NCBI RefSeq assembly: GCF_022782405.1
Contig: NZ_JALFNK010000011.1
Strand: one strand, 5' to 3'
Origin: Alistipes sp.
GTDB lineage: Bacteria > Bacteroidota > Bacteroidia > Bacteroidales > Rikenellaceae
Length of the DNA: 64,000 nt
Shown here: piece after piece, positions 1 to 9,517 of the stretch
Layout: every line of letters starts with the position of its first letter
Position numbering within the stretch: position 1 is the stretch's first letter
Notes under the pieces: generated by a model
Seen by the model: the letters and a program-made list of their open reading frames with translations, nothing else
Databases searched by the model: none
Told to the model about the DNA's origin: nothing
Translations under genes and position numbers: made by a program

Positions 1-34
1 ACGCCGTGCTTGCCGAAATTTCCGGTCGTGCGTA

Positions 35-421
35 TTAACGCTTGCTGAACTGGAACTTGCGACGTGCTCCGGGCTGTCCGGGCTTCTTACGCTCAACCTC
101 GCGGGGATCGCGCGTGAGGAATCCGGCCTTCTTCAGCACCGGACGCATCTCGGCGTCGATCTCGCACAGTGCGCGTGCGATACCCAGACGAGCGGCTTCG
201 GCCTGTCCCTTGATACCACCTCCGTCGAGGTTGATCATGATGTCGTAGTTCTCGGCAGTGTTCGTGGCCAGCAGCGGCTGCTTAACCTGGAACTGGAGAA
301 TCTCGAGCGGGAAATAGGCTGCAAGCTCCTTGTGGTTGATTGTAATCTGACCCTTACCCGGCTTCACGAATACGCGAGCCACAGCGGCCTTACGACGACC
401 TACGGTGTTTACAACTTCCAT
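35..421 (-). CDS. rpsI: 30S ribosomal protein S9
   Basis: N-terminal GRRK-AVARV, GGG-GQAEA, C-terminal RKKPG...QFSKR; directly downstream of L13. Confidence 0.98.
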   Translation of the reverse strand: MEVVNTVGRRKAAVARVFVKPGKGQITINHKELAAYFPLEILQFQVKQPLLATNTAENYDIMINLDGGGIKGQAEAARLGIARALCEIDAEMRPVLKKAGFLTRDPREVERKKPGQPGARRKFQFSKR

Positions 422-426
422 AACTC

Positions 427-882
427 TTACTTAATCTCGTTTAACTTAATGGTCTTCGGGTTCTGAGCGGCGTGCGGATGCTCGGCGCCGGCGTAAACCT
501 TCAGGTTCGTGAGCAGCTTCTCGCCCAGACGGGTCTTCGGAAGCATACCCTTGACGGCTTTCTCGATGAGGAAAGTCGGTTTCTTGGCCAGATAGTCGGC
601 CGGGGTAGCGAAACGCTGACCGCCGGGATATCCGGTGTGTCGGGTGTAGACCTTCTTGGTCATCTTGTTGCCCGTGAGCTTCACCTTCTCCGCGTTGATG
701 ACGATGACATAATCACCGCAATCCACATGGGGCGTGTAGCTGGGCTTGTTCTTGCCTCGGAGGATCTTCGCAACCTGCGATGCAAGACGTCCCAATACCT
801 CGTTCGTAGCGTCGATGACAACCCACTCCTTGGTTACCGTCGATGCATTGGCCGAGATAGTCTTGTAGCTTAATGAATCCAC
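427..882 (-). CDS. rplM: 50S ribosomal protein L13 (GTG start)
   Basis: W-VIDA...LGRLAS, KNKPSYTPHVDCGD, AVKGMLPK motifs. Confidence 0.98.
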   Translation of the reverse strand: MDSLSYKTISANASTVTKEWVVIDATNEVLGRLASQVAKILRGKNKPSYTPHVDCGDYVIVINAEKVKLTGNKMTKKVYTRHTGYPGGQRFATPADYLAKKPTFLIEKAVKGMLPKTRLGEKLLTNLKVYAGAEHPHAAQNPKTIKLNEIK

Positions 883-939
883 TGTGTTTTACGTTTAAAT
901 TGAACTTGTTGTAATCCTTTCCCGCATATTGCGGGTGCG

Positions 940-970
940 CAAAGGTACGAAAAAGTTTTTGATCTGCAAA
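940..970 (-). promoter_or_regulatory. Bacteroidota housekeeping promoter of rplM (-7 TACCTTTG, -33 TTTG)
   Basis: TACCTTTG at 947-940 and TTTG at 970-967 on minus strand, about 19 nt spacing. Confidence 0.75.
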
Positions 971-1106
971 ACAGGATCAAACGCTATTCGAAAAATATTT
1001 TCGCAGGAGACGGGACTCCTGCCGCAAATGCCGGAATTCGGGGCGAATGTCCGGAGAAACGCTCCGCAACCGACGCTCGGAGCCGGCACGGGTCAGGTGC
1101 GTACAC

Positions 1107-1136
1107 GGAAAAAGCCGGATTGCTCCGGCTCTTTCC
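1107..1136 (-). terminator. Intrinsic terminator of mce-mmd operon
   Basis: agccgga/tccggct stem followed by a T-run on the minus strand, 40 nt after the beta-subunit stop. Confidence 0.75.
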
Positions 1137-1176
1137 CTATTGCGCGGAACCGCAAGGCTCCGCATCGTACGTCTTT

Positions 1177-2388
1177 CTATCCGAGGAACGACAGCAGGAT
1201 ACCCGCAGCCACGGCCGAACCTACGACACCGGCTACGTTGGGACCCATGGCGTGCATGAGCAGGTAGTTTCCCGGATCCTCTTTCTGACCCTCGACCTGC
1301 GAAACGCGCGCTGCCATCGGCACGGCCGAAACACCGGCCGACCCGATCAGCGGGTTGATCTTGTTGCCCTCCTTCGAGAAGAGATTCATGAACTTGGCGA
1401 GCAGCACGCCGCCGGCCGTACCCATACCGAAGGCAATGACACCCAGTACGAGGATACCCAGCGTACGGAAGTTGAGGAACGCCTCGGCCGTAGCCGTGGC
1501 ACCCACCGTCAGACCCAGGAAGATCACCACGATGTTCATCAGCTCGTTCTGCACGGTCTTGCTCAGACGATCCACCACACCGCACTCCTTCATCAGGTTG
1601 CCCAGCATGAGGCAGCCGATCAGCGGCGCAGCGCTCGGCAGCAGCAGGGCGATGATGACCGCAATGACGATCGGGAAGAGGATGCGTTCGAGTTTCGATA
1701 CGGGACGCAGCGTCTGCATCCGGATGGCGCGCTCCTTCTTGGTGGTCAGCGCACGCATGATGGGCGGCTGGATCACCGGAACGAGGGCCATGTAGGAGTA
1801 GGCAGCCACGGCGATCGGGCCGAGCAGCTCGGGCGAAAGCATCGAAGTAAGGTAGATGGCCGTCGGGCCGTCGGCACCGCCGATGATACCGATCGAACCG
1901 GCCTGTGCGGGCGTAAAGCCGAGGGCATAGGCTCCCAGGAACGTGGCGAAGATACCGATCTGTGCGGCGGCACCCAGCAGGAAGCTCTTGGGATTGGCGA
2001 TCAGCGGTCCGAAGTCGGTCATGGCACCCACGCCGACGAAGATCAGACAGGGGTAGATACCGAGTTTCACACCCAGATAGAGGTAGTCGAGCAGACCGGC
2101 GTTGGCAACGAAGATGTCCCAGTGCACATGTCCGCCCTCGAAGAGTTCGGTGTGATAAAGGTTCGCATCCGGGAGGTTCGTGAGCAGCATGCCGAAGGCA
2201 ATGGTGAAGAGCAGCAGCGGCTCGAACTTATGCCGGATGGCCAGGTAGAGCAGGAAGAAGGCGACGCAGATCATCGCCACGTTGCCCCACCCCATTTCGG
2301 CGAAGAAGCCCGCGATACCGGTGGAACCCGCGAAATCCCGCAGGCTGTTCCACACGAAATCGGAACTCGAGGTCAGCAGTGTACACAT
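1177..2388 (-). CDS. mmdB: Na+-translocating decarboxylase beta subunit (OadB/MmdB)
   Basis: Polytopic membrane protein with [23 protein letters not shown] and AMGPNVAGV motifs. Confidence 0.93.
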   Translation of the reverse strand: MCTLLTSSSDFVWNSLRDFAGSTGIAGFFAEMGWGNVAMICVAFFLLYLAIRHKFEPLLLFTIAFGMLLTNLPDANLYHTELFEGGHVHWDIFVANAGLLDYLYLGVKLGIYPCLIFVGVGAMTDFGPLIANPKSFLLGAAAQIGIFATFLGAYALGFTPAQAGSIGIIGGADGPTAIYLTSMLSPELLGPIAVAAYSYMALVPVIQPPIMRALTTKKERAIRMQTLRPVSKLERILFPIVIAVIIALLLPSAAPLIGCLMLGNLMKECGVVDRLSKTVQNELMNIVVIFLGLTVGATATAEAFLNFRTLGILVLGVIAFGMGTAGGVLLAKFMNLFSKEGNKINPLIGSAGVSAVPMAARVSQVEGQKEDPGNYLLMHAMGPNVAGVVGSAVAAGILLSFLG

Positions 2389-2390
2389 AG

Positions 2391-2852
2391 TTATTCGATG
2401 ACGATTAAGTTATCACCTTCCATAACCGTGGCGCCCTGCTGTACGAGCACCTGCTTGACAACACCGGCACGATCCGCGTCGATATTGTTCTCCATCTTCA
2501 TGGCCTCGAGGATCACGAGCGTCTGGCCGCGCGACACGGTATCGCCCACATTGACCTTGACCGACAGCACCGTACCGGGCAGCGGGCACTTCACGGCATA
2601 TCCCGAGCTGGGAGCTACCGCGCTCAAGCGGGGCGACGGAGCAGCCGTCGCGGGAGTGATCATTGCGCTGTTGGCGCCTTTTGCTGCGGGTGCGACCTGC
2701 GGCTTGGTCGAAGCCGCAGCCTTGGCCCCGCCGATCTCCACCTCGTACGATACGCCATTGACGACCACATGGGCCAGCGTCGAAGCCTCATTGACGTCGT
2801 CGATCTGCACGTCGTAATTATGTCCGTTGATTTTCAAAGAGTAATCTTTCAT
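2391..2852 (-). CDS. mmdC: Biotin carboxyl carrier subunit
   Basis: EAMKM biotinylation motif after an Ala/Pro-rich linker; operon context. Confidence 0.92.
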   Translation of the reverse strand: MKDYSLKINGHNYDVQIDDVNEASTLAHVVVNGVSYEVEIGGAKAAASTKPQVAPAAKGANSAMITPATAAPSPRLSAVAPSSGYAVKCPLPGTVLSVKVNVGDTVSRGQTLVILEAMKMENNIDADRAGVVKQVLVQQGATVMEGDNLIVIE

Positions 2853-2862
2853 TGCTTTTTAA

Positions 2863-3204
2863 CTATTTTCTGTCAGGCATCTGGGTTAAACCGTGAATTT
2901 TGGAATTCCAGGGCGAATAGGCACGCTTGATGCTCAAAATGGTCAGCACCTCCGACTCGCGGTCGTGCAGCTCGCTGCGGAAGATCTTGAGCGCCGTGGC
3001 GATGGCGGCGATCTCTTCGTCATGCAGCTGCGCAGGAGCGGAAGCCGGGTTCATGGCGTTGCGGCGCGAGAAGGCGGCTCCGAAGCCCTTCATCACCCAC
3101 ACCAGCAGCAACAGCACGAGGAACACCAGGCAGATGCTGATGAGCGCCACCCACAGCATCTCCGACCAGCCCCAGTCCATAACCGTTAATATTTTCATAG
3201 TCAT
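2863..3204 (-). CDS. mmdD: OadG/MmdD-family small membrane subunit
   Basis: Single N-terminal TM helix, IAAIATAL motif, C-terminal SPWNSK; lies between mmdA and mmdC. Confidence 0.8.
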   Translation of the reverse strand: MTMKILTVMDWGWSEMLWVALISICLVFLVLLLLVWVMKGFGAAFSRRNAMNPASAPAQLHDEEIAAIATALKIFRSELHDRESEVLTILSIKRAYSPWNSKIHGLTQMPDRK

Positions 3205-3213
3205 GCGATTTTA

Positions 3214-4779
3214 TTACAGGGGGATGTTGGAATGCTTCTTCGGCGGGTTCTGCAGGCGTTTCGTTGCCAGCGACTGCAGGGCGCGGATGATGCGGAAGCG
3301 CGTGTTGCGCGGCTCGATCACATCGTCGATGTAACCGTAGCGGGCGGCATTGTAGGGGTTCGAGAACTTGTCGTTGTACTCCTTCTCCTTTGCTGCGATG
3401 AAGGCGGCCTTCTCTTCGGGCTTGTCGGCAAGCTCCTTGAGTTCCTTGCCGTAGAGCACCTCGACGGCACCGCTGGCACCCATCACGGCAATCTCGGCCG
3501 TAGGCCATGCATAGTTGATATCGCCGCGGATGTGCTTCGACGACATGACGATGTAGGCACCTCCGTAAGCCTTGCGGAGCGTAACGGTGATCTTCGGCAC
3601 CGTAGCCTCGCAGTAGGCGAAGAGCAGCTTCGCACCGTGCGTGATCACGCCGCCGTACTCCTGGGTCGTACCCGGCAGGAAGCCCGGAACGTCCACGAGC
3701 GTTACGATCGGGATGTTGAACGCGTCGCAGAAACGCACGAAGCGGGCAGCCTTGCGGCTGGCGTTGATATCGAGCACGCCGGCCATGAACTTGGGCTGGT
3801 TGGCGATGATGCCGACCGACTGTCCGTTGAAGCGGGCGAAGCAGGTGATGATGTTCTTGGCATAACCGGCAGCCGACTCCAGGTATTCGCCGTTATCGAC
3901 AATCGCACGGATCACCTCGGCCATGTCATAGGGCTTGTTGGCGCTGTCGGGAATGATCTCGTTGAGCGAATCCTCCAGACGGTCGATACGGTCCGTGCAG
4001 ATTGCCAGCGGAGCATCCTCCATGTTGTTCTGCGGCATGTAGGAGATAAGCTTCTTGATCAGCTCGATACCCTCCTCCTCGGTATCAACGGCAAACTGGG
4101 CCACACCCGACTTGGTGGTATGCATCACGGCACCGCCGAGCTGCTCCTGCGTTACGTCCTCGCCCGTTACGGTCTTCACGACCTTCGGGCCCGTGAGGAA
4201 CATGTTCGAGGTCTCCTTCTTCATGATGATGAAGTCGGTCAGCGCAGGCGAATAAACCGCACCGCCGGCGCAGGGGCCAAAGATGGCCGAGATCTGCGGG
4301 ATGACACCCGAAGCCATCACGTTGCGCTGGAAAATGTTGGCGTAACCAGCCAGGGCGTTCACGCCCTCCTGGATACGGGCGCCGCCCGAGTCGTTCATGC
4401 CGATGCAGGGAGCACCGTTGCGCATGGCCATGTCCATGACCTTGCAGATCTTGTCGGACATCGACAGCGACAGCGAACCGGCCGTTACGGTGAAGTCCTG
4501 TGCAAAGACATAGACCAGACGGCCGCCGATCGTTCCGTAACCCGTTACCACACCGTCGCCGAAGGCGTGGCTCTTGTCCATGCCGAAATCGTAGCAGCGG
4601 TGCGTTACGAACATGTCGAACTCCTCGAACGAGCCCTCGTCCAAAAGCATCTGGATACGTTCGCGCGCCGTGTACTTGCCCTTGGCATGCTGGGCGTCGA
4701 TACGCTTCTGGCCACCTCCGAGACGCGCCGTTTCGCGATTCTCGATGAGCTGGTTGATCTTATTCTGAATTTCGCTCAT
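3214..4779 (-). CDS. mmdA: Methylmalonyl-CoA decarboxylase alpha / acyl-CoA carboxyltransferase subunit
   Basis: [45 protein letters not shown]. Confidence 0.93.
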   Translation of the reverse strand: MSEIQNKINQLIENRETARLGGGQKRIDAQHAKGKYTARERIQMLLDEGSFEEFDMFVTHRCYDFGMDKSHAFGDGVVTGYGTIGGRLVYVFAQDFTVTAGSLSLSMSDKICKVMDMAMRNGAPCIGMNDSGGARIQEGVNALAGYANIFQRNVMASGVIPQISAIFGPCAGGAVYSPALTDFIIMKKETSNMFLTGPKVVKTVTGEDVTQEQLGGAVMHTTKSGVAQFAVDTEEEGIELIKKLISYMPQNNMEDAPLAICTDRIDRLEDSLNEIIPDSANKPYDMAEVIRAIVDNGEYLESAAGYAKNIITCFARFNGQSVGIIANQPKFMAGVLDINASRKAARFVRFCDAFNIPIVTLVDVPGFLPGTTQEYGGVITHGAKLLFAYCEATVPKITVTLRKAYGGAYIVMSSKHIRGDINYAWPTAEIAVMGASGAVEVLYGKELKELADKPEEKAAFIAAKEKEYNDKFSNPYNAARYGYIDDVIEPRNTRFRIIRALQSLATKRLQNPPKKHSNIPL

Positions 4780-4794
4780 AATAATGATGAATGA

Positions 4795-5208
4795 TTATTT
4801 TTTGTTCTTGTTCTCGCAAAGTTCGGTCAGGATGCCCTGCGTGGATTTCGGATGCAGGAAGGCGATGGTCATACCCTCGGCGCCCTTGCGCGGCGTCTTG
4901 TCGATCAGGCGGATGCCCTTGGCTTCGGCATCGGCAAGCTGCTCCTCGATATTCTCGCAGGCGAGAGCCATGTGGTGGATACCGATTCCGCGGTTCTCGA
5001 TATACTTGGCGATCGTCGAATCCTCCGACGTGGGCTCCAGCAGCTCGATCTTCGTCTGGCCCAGCATGAAGAACGCCGTGCGCACCTTCTGGTCAGCGAC
5101 CTCCTCGATCGCATAGCACTTCAGACCCAATACGTTCTCCCAATAGGGAATTGCTTCATCCAGGCTCTTCACTGCGATGCCGAGATGCTCGATATGAGAA
5201 ACTTTCAT
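4795..5208 (-). CDS. mce: Methylmalonyl-CoA epimerase
   Basis: VOC fold metal ligands HLGIAV, ELLEP, GIHH, FLHPKST, ELCE. Confidence 0.95.
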   Translation of the reverse strand: MKVSHIEHLGIAVKSLDEAIPYWENVLGLKCYAIEEVADQKVRTAFFMLGQTKIELLEPTSEDSTIAKYIENRGIGIHHMALACENIEEQLADAEAKGIRLIDKTPRKGAEGMTIAFLHPKSTQGILTELCENKNKK

Positions 5209-5278
5209 AACAAAATGGATTTAAGTTTGTTGAATATCGTTGAAATCTAAAACGTTTGATATGCTTTTTTTGCGCACA

Positions 5279-5286
5279 CAAAGATA
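5279..5286 (-). promoter_or_regulatory. -7 box (TATCTTTG) of mce-mmd operon
   Basis: Exact TAnnTTTG 70 nt upstream of mce start. Confidence 0.65.
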
Positions 5287-5503
5287 GAAGAATTCTTCGG
5301 GATTCGCCAAAATTCGGCCGATTTTTTTTAGACCTGTTTCCTCCGTCCGGTCGGTGAAAATGTCCGGAATGGCAGGATCGGCATGCGGGGTCCGCGACAC
5401 CTTCGGGAAAAGACAGCGGAAGGTGTTTTTTCACTTATCACAGACGAATTTTGCAGGCTTCTGACAAAAATTCGTTATCTTTCGGCGTCAAACCCGCGCC
5501 ACG

Positions 5504-5974
5504 ATGATCAGAAAAATGTTCTTGATGCTGCTGCTCTCCCTCGCCTCGGCGGGATCCGCCGCAGCCCAGCACATCGCTCTCGGAGAGCGCATTCCGGAAT
5601 TCCGGAGCGCCACATGGCTCGACGGACACGAGCCGCAGCAGGCCCCGCTGACATGGATCGTATTCTTCCACTCGGCCAATCCGGCCTGCCGCACCTCGCT
5701 CGAACGTCTCGGGCCGCTCCGCGCACTCTCCGGAGAGTTGATGCAGGCGGTCATCGTTGTCTGCGAAGAGAACGCGAGCACCGAATCCCTGCTGCGGCCA
5801 CTGCTCTCCGACCGTACGGCAGTGGCTCTCGATCCCGAAAGGAAGATCTTTGCGGCCTTCGGCGTCAACTATGTCCCCTACGGGGTACTTGCCGACGCCC
5901 GCAACCGGGCCCTGTGGCAGGGCAACGCGCTCCGTCTCGACAATTCGATCATCGAACAACACGTTACCAGATAA
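5504..5974 (+). CDS. Exported thioredoxin-like (TlpA/redoxin) protein with single Cys
   Basis: Signal peptide; IVFFHSANPAC aligns to the FWATWCxxC pattern; FGVNYVPY cis-Pro loop. Confidence 0.65.
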   Translation: MIRKMFLMLLLSLASAGSAAAQHIALGERIPEFRSATWLDGHEPQQAPLTWIVFFHSANPACRTSLERLGPLRALSGELMQAVIVVCEENASTESLLRPLLSDRTAVALDPERKIFAAFGVNYVPYGVLADARNRALWQGNALRLDNSIIEQHVTR

Positions 5975-5985
5975 TACAAAACACC

Positions 5986-7101
5986 ATGTCGTTCACCAAA
6001 ATAAACCACTACGAAAAGGAGTATGCGGACACGCATCACGATACGGCGCTCAACGTCTCGGAAGGCGTCGAAGACCAGCCGATCATAAGTCCCTATTTCA
6101 CGCGGCGCAAGAAGCGCACGCTCACGACTGACGAATATGTCGAAGGGATCCTTGCTGGCAACATCACCACCCTCTCGCAGGCCATCACGCTCGTCGAGTC
6201 GTCGAATCCGGCGCATTACGCCCAGGCCCAGGAGATCATCGAACGCTGTCTGCCCCATGCCGGGCGCTCGGTGCGCATCGGCATCACGGGCGTGCCGGGA
6301 GCCGGAAAATCGACCTTTATCGAAGCCGTGGGCAACATGGTAACCTCCCTGCGGCACAAGCTGGCCGTGCTGGCCATCGACCCCTCGTCGGAGCGCAGCG
6401 GCGGCTCGATCCTCGGCGACAAGACCCGCATGGAGAGCATCTGCCACAACCCCGACATCTTCATCCGTCCTTCGCCGTCGGCCGGATCGCTCGGCGGCGT
6501 GGCCCGCAAGACGCGCGAGACGATCGTGCTGTGCGAAGCGGCGGGCTTCGACGTCATCTTCATCGAGACGGTGGGCGTCGGGCAGTCCGAGACGGCCGTA
6601 CACTCGATGGTGGACATGTTCATGCTGCTGCAGATCTCGGGTGCGGGCGACGAGCTGCAGGGCATCAAGCGGGGCATCATGGAGATGGCAGACATGATGG
6701 TCATCACGAAAGCCGACGGCGAAAACCTCCACAAGGCCGAGCTGGCCCGCACGCAGTTCCAGGGGGCGCTGCGGCTCTTCCCGGTGCCGGAATCGGGCTG
6801 GCGGCCCAAGGTATACACCTGTTCGTCGGTGGCAGAAACGGGGCTCGAAGAGGTATGGAAGGGCGTCGAGGAGTACCTCGACCACATTCACGCCAACGGC
6901 TATTTCCAGCACAACCGCAACCGGCAGAACAAGTACTGGATGTACGAGACAATCAACGAGGCGCTGCGCAGCAGCTTCTACCACGACCCGGCTGTCGAAG
7001 GGAAGATCGCCGAATACGAACAGCGGGTACTCGATGATAAAATATCCTCGTTCATTGCCGCCAAGGAGTTGCTCGAACTCTATTTCAAGGATCTGAAATA
7101 A
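5986..7101 (+). CDS. meaB: Methylmalonyl-CoA mutase-associated GTPase
   Basis: GITGVPGAGKST, DPSSERSGGSILGDKTRM, IETVGVGQSE, GDELQGIKRG. Start reassigned to ATG 5986; the ORF extension upstream is spurious. Confidence 0.95.
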   Translation: MSFTKINHYEKEYADTHHDTALNVSEGVEDQPIISPYFTRRKKRTLTTDEYVEGILAGNITTLSQAITLVESSNPAHYAQAQEIIERCLPHAGRSVRIGITGVPGAGKSTFIEAVGNMVTSLRHKLAVLAIDPSSERSGGSILGDKTRMESICHNPDIFIRPSPSAGSLGGVARKTRETIVLCEAAGFDVIFIETVGVGQSETAVHSMVDMFMLLQISGAGDELQGIKRGIMEMADMMVITKADGENLHKAELARTQFQGALRLFPVPESGWRPKVYTCSSVAETGLEEVWKGVEEYLDHIHANGYFQHNRNRQNKYWMYETINEALRSSFYHDPAVEGKIAEYEQRVLDDKISSFIAAKELLELYFKDLK

Positions 7102-7121
7102 AAACCGGACACCCGAATAAG

Positions 7122-7153
7122 AAATGCCTGCCGCATCAGCGGCAGGCATTTTT
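7122..7153. terminator. Bidirectional intrinsic terminator
   Basis: aaatgcctgccgc/gcggcaggcattttt between convergent genes. Confidence 0.8.
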
Positions 7154-7176
7154 CGTCCGCATATTGCGGCGCGGCC

Positions 7177-7791
7177 CTATGCGTCCATATTCTGCTTGAG
7201 GGTAGGAAGGCACAGGCCGAAACGCACGGCAACAACCCGCACGGCGATGACGCTCACGGCCGTAACGATCTGGAGCATCGCGCCGGAAAGACCCAGTACG
7301 GCCCCTCCGCCGTAGACCAGTCCCCCGAAAACGCAGGCCAGCGCATAGATCTCCTTGCGGAAGATGAGCGGCTCCTCGTTGATGAGGATGTCGCGCAGCA
7401 CGCCGCCGGCGGCACCGGTGATCGTACCCATGATGATGGCCACCCAGAGCGGGAATCCCGCCGTAAGGGTCTTCTCGACCCCGACGACCGTAAAAAGCCC
7501 CAGACCGATGGCGTCGAAGATGAAGAACGTATTGTTCAGATGGATCAGATGGCGCCCGCCGAGGACCACGATGCCCAGGGCGAAGGCCGTTACGATCAGA
7601 TAGGAGCTGTCAAGCATCCAGAAGGGAGTTACCGAGAGCATCAGGTCACGCAGCGTTCCGCCGCCGATGGCCGTCGTAAAGCCCACGACATAGGCTCCGA
7701 ACCAGTCGAAGCGCTTGGCCGAAGCCAGGCGGATGCCGCTGATCGCAAAGGCCAGCGTACCCAGAATTTCGATGAAGGTGAACAGTGTCAT
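7177..7791 (-). CDS. Trimeric intracellular cation channel / UPF0126 family membrane protein
   Basis: Two repeats with TAIGGGTLRD and TGAAGGVLRD; DAIGLGLF. Start taken at MTLFTF. Confidence 0.88.
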   Translation of the reverse strand: MTLFTFIEILGTLAFAISGIRLASAKRFDWFGAYVVGFTTAIGGGTLRDLMLSVTPFWMLDSSYLIVTAFALGIVVLGGRHLIHLNNTFFIFDAIGLGLFTVVGVEKTLTAGFPLWVAIIMGTITGAAGGVLRDILINEEPLIFRKEIYALACVFGGLVYGGGAVLGLSGAMLQIVTAVSVIAVRVVAVRFGLCLPTLKQNMDA

Positions 7792-7854
7792 GACAAGGCG
7801 GCCCCGCGCGGAGTGTTCAGCCGCACGGAGCCGCCGCAAAGATAGCGCAAATTT

Positions 7855-8556
7855 TTACTTTTCCGACGCTGCACGGAGCAATTCATCGACAAGCGGAGGC
7901 ACCCCTTCCGCCGCGCGTTTGCGCACGACAGTCAGCGGGTTGCGGATCCCGGCCGTATCGGGCTGCCCGGGATCGACCAGGAAGATCGGAATCTCGGGAC
8001 GGACATAGCGCACGAGCGACGCTGCGGGATAGACCGCGAGCGATGTTCCGACGACGAGCATCAGATCGGCCTGCCGGGCGATCTCCGCAGCCTGCTCGAA
8101 CATCGGCACAGACTCGCCGAAGAAGACGATATGCGGACGCAGCAGCGCACCGTCGGGTGCCGTGGCTTCGAGCGTCTGTTCCCACCCATCGATCGGAACG
8201 ATAAGGTCGGGATTGCGCGACGAGCGCAGCTTGCGCAGCTCGCCGTGCAGGTGCGTAACGCGGGTCGAGCCGGCCCGCTCATGCAGATCATCGACATTCT
8301 GCGTTACAACCTCGACGTCGTAGGCCCGCTCGAGCCGGGCGATGGCCTCGTGCGCCGCATTGGGCTGTGTCGTGAGCAGTTCACGGCGCCGCTTGTTGTA
8401 GAATTCGATGACCAAAGCCCGGTTGCGCGCCAGCGCCTCGGGCGTGCAGACATCCTCGATGCGGTAGTTGGCCCACAGGCCGTCGGCATCACGGAAAGTC
8501 GCCAGACCGCTGTCGGCACTCACACCGGCACCGGTGAAAACCACGATTTTCTTCAT
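7855..8556 (-). CDS. cobB: NAD-dependent protein deacylase (sirtuin, class III)
   Basis: GAGVSADSGLATFR, TQNVDDLHE, HLHG, RPHIVFFGE, GTSLAVYPAA; own TATCTTTG at 8587-8580. Confidence 0.92.
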   Translation of the reverse strand: MKKIVVFTGAGVSADSGLATFRDADGLWANYRIEDVCTPEALARNRALVIEFYNKRRRELLTTQPNAAHEAIARLERAYDVEVVTQNVDDLHERAGSTRVTHLHGELRKLRSSRNPDLIVPIDGWEQTLEATAPDGALLRPHIVFFGESVPMFEQAAEIARQADLMLVVGTSLAVYPAASLVRYVRPEIPIFLVDPGQPDTAGIRNPLTVVRKRAAEGVPPLVDELLRAASEK

Positions 8557-8631
8557 ATCCGGAAGCATTTTCCCGAAAACAAAGATACGCACTTTTTCCG
8601 CACATCGTATGGGGCAATCGGCTCCTGACGC

Positions 8632-8660
8632 AAAAAAAGCGTCCGAACAGGACGCTTTTT
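8632..8660 (-). terminator. Intrinsic terminator of SPFH operon
   Basis: aaaaagcgtcc/ggacgcttttt hairpin. Confidence 0.75.
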
Positions 8661-8680
8661 CGGAACCGGTCATACCCCGC

Positions 8681-9268
8681 CTATTCGCACGGTGCCGTCA
8701 GCTTTACAGGCATGATGACCGCCGCGACGGCAAGCAGTTTCAACAGAATGCCGAAGAGGGCCCGCACCGTCTGTCCCTCTTCCGAAAAGAGCAGCTCCAG
8801 CTGCGGAGCACAGATCGCGGCCAAAGCCGCTACCGACAACAGCACACCGAGTCCGAGCAAAAGCCGGTTCGTCACGACGCCCCGCTGCCTCTGTCGCTCG
8901 ATCCAGCGCGACAGGGCATTTTCGTCGGTCGGCTCAACCGGCTCTTTAGCCAACCGCCCATCGGTCGAGCCCCAGATGCCGATGATCCAGCACAACGCCA
9001 CGACTCCCGCCGCCATACCGCCCTTGACCAACGCTTCGGTTACGGGCAAATCGATCGTCCGCAGCGGAAAACACAGCAAAAAAGAGAGGATCGCCGCGGC
9101 GGGAAGTCCGTGCCACAGTCGTCTGCGTGCATGGGCAAACCGCACCAGCCGTGCGCGCAACCGCTCCCCCTCACGCTGATTTCGGGCAACGGCCTGCCCG
9201 ACCCGGTTGCGGAGGCGGTCCTTGAAACAACCGCCGCTCACCCTATTGTCAAAGGGATCTCTGTTCAT
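8681..9268 (-). CDS. Hypothetical membrane protein (about 4 TM), third gene of SPFH-Arc operon
   Basis: ATG overlaps the Arc gene stop (ATGA at 9265-9268); four hydrophobic segments. Confidence 0.6.
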   Translation of the reverse strand: MNRDPFDNRVSGGCFKDRLRNRVGQAVARNQREGERLRARLVRFAHARRRLWHGLPAAAILSFLLCFPLRTIDLPVTEALVKGGMAAGVVALCWIIGIWGSTDGRLAKEPVEPTDENALSRWIERQRQRGVVTNRLLLGLGVLLSVAALAAICAPQLELLFSEEGQTVRALFGILLKLLAVAAVIMPVKLTAPCE

Positions 9269-9513
9269 GGTTCCGGTTCGTTTGCGGGGTTCTTCACGGC
9301 CGGCGTCGCCGGCATTCCGCCCGAAGCAACGGCACGGGCAGCTTGCGGACGGGGCCTCTTCAGCCGCCCGCTGCGCCGCAGCGCATCGGCGATGATCCAC
9401 TGGAGCTGGCCGTTGATCGAGCGGAACTCATCCTCGGCCCACGCCTCCAGTGCCTCCATCGTCGCCGCATCGACACGCAGCACGAAACTTCGGGTATTTG
9501 TCTCACGCGCCAT
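9265..9513 (-). CDS. Arc-family ribbon-helix-helix DNA-binding protein
   Basis: SFVLRVD...LEAWAEDEFRSINGQLQWII pattern; starts 4 nt after the SPFH stop. Confidence 0.85.
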   Translation of the reverse strand: MARETNTRSFVLRVDAATMEALEAWAEDEFRSINGQLQWIIADALRRSGRLKRPRPQAARAVASGGMPATPAVKNPANEPEP

Positions 9514-9517
9514 CCGA

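Noticed and set aside
5383-5985. N-terminal extensions making meaB, 5alpha-reductase, HAD, gadC, ligA and TPM genes look like fusions
   Set aside because: Extensions are Arg/Pro/Ala-rich junk overlapping other genes, promoters or terminators; internal ATGs fit the family starts.
921-7169. Identical 13-mer CCGCATATTGCGG at 922 and 7156
   Set aside because: Tens of 13-mer repeat pairs are expected by chance in 64 kb; the contexts are unrelated.
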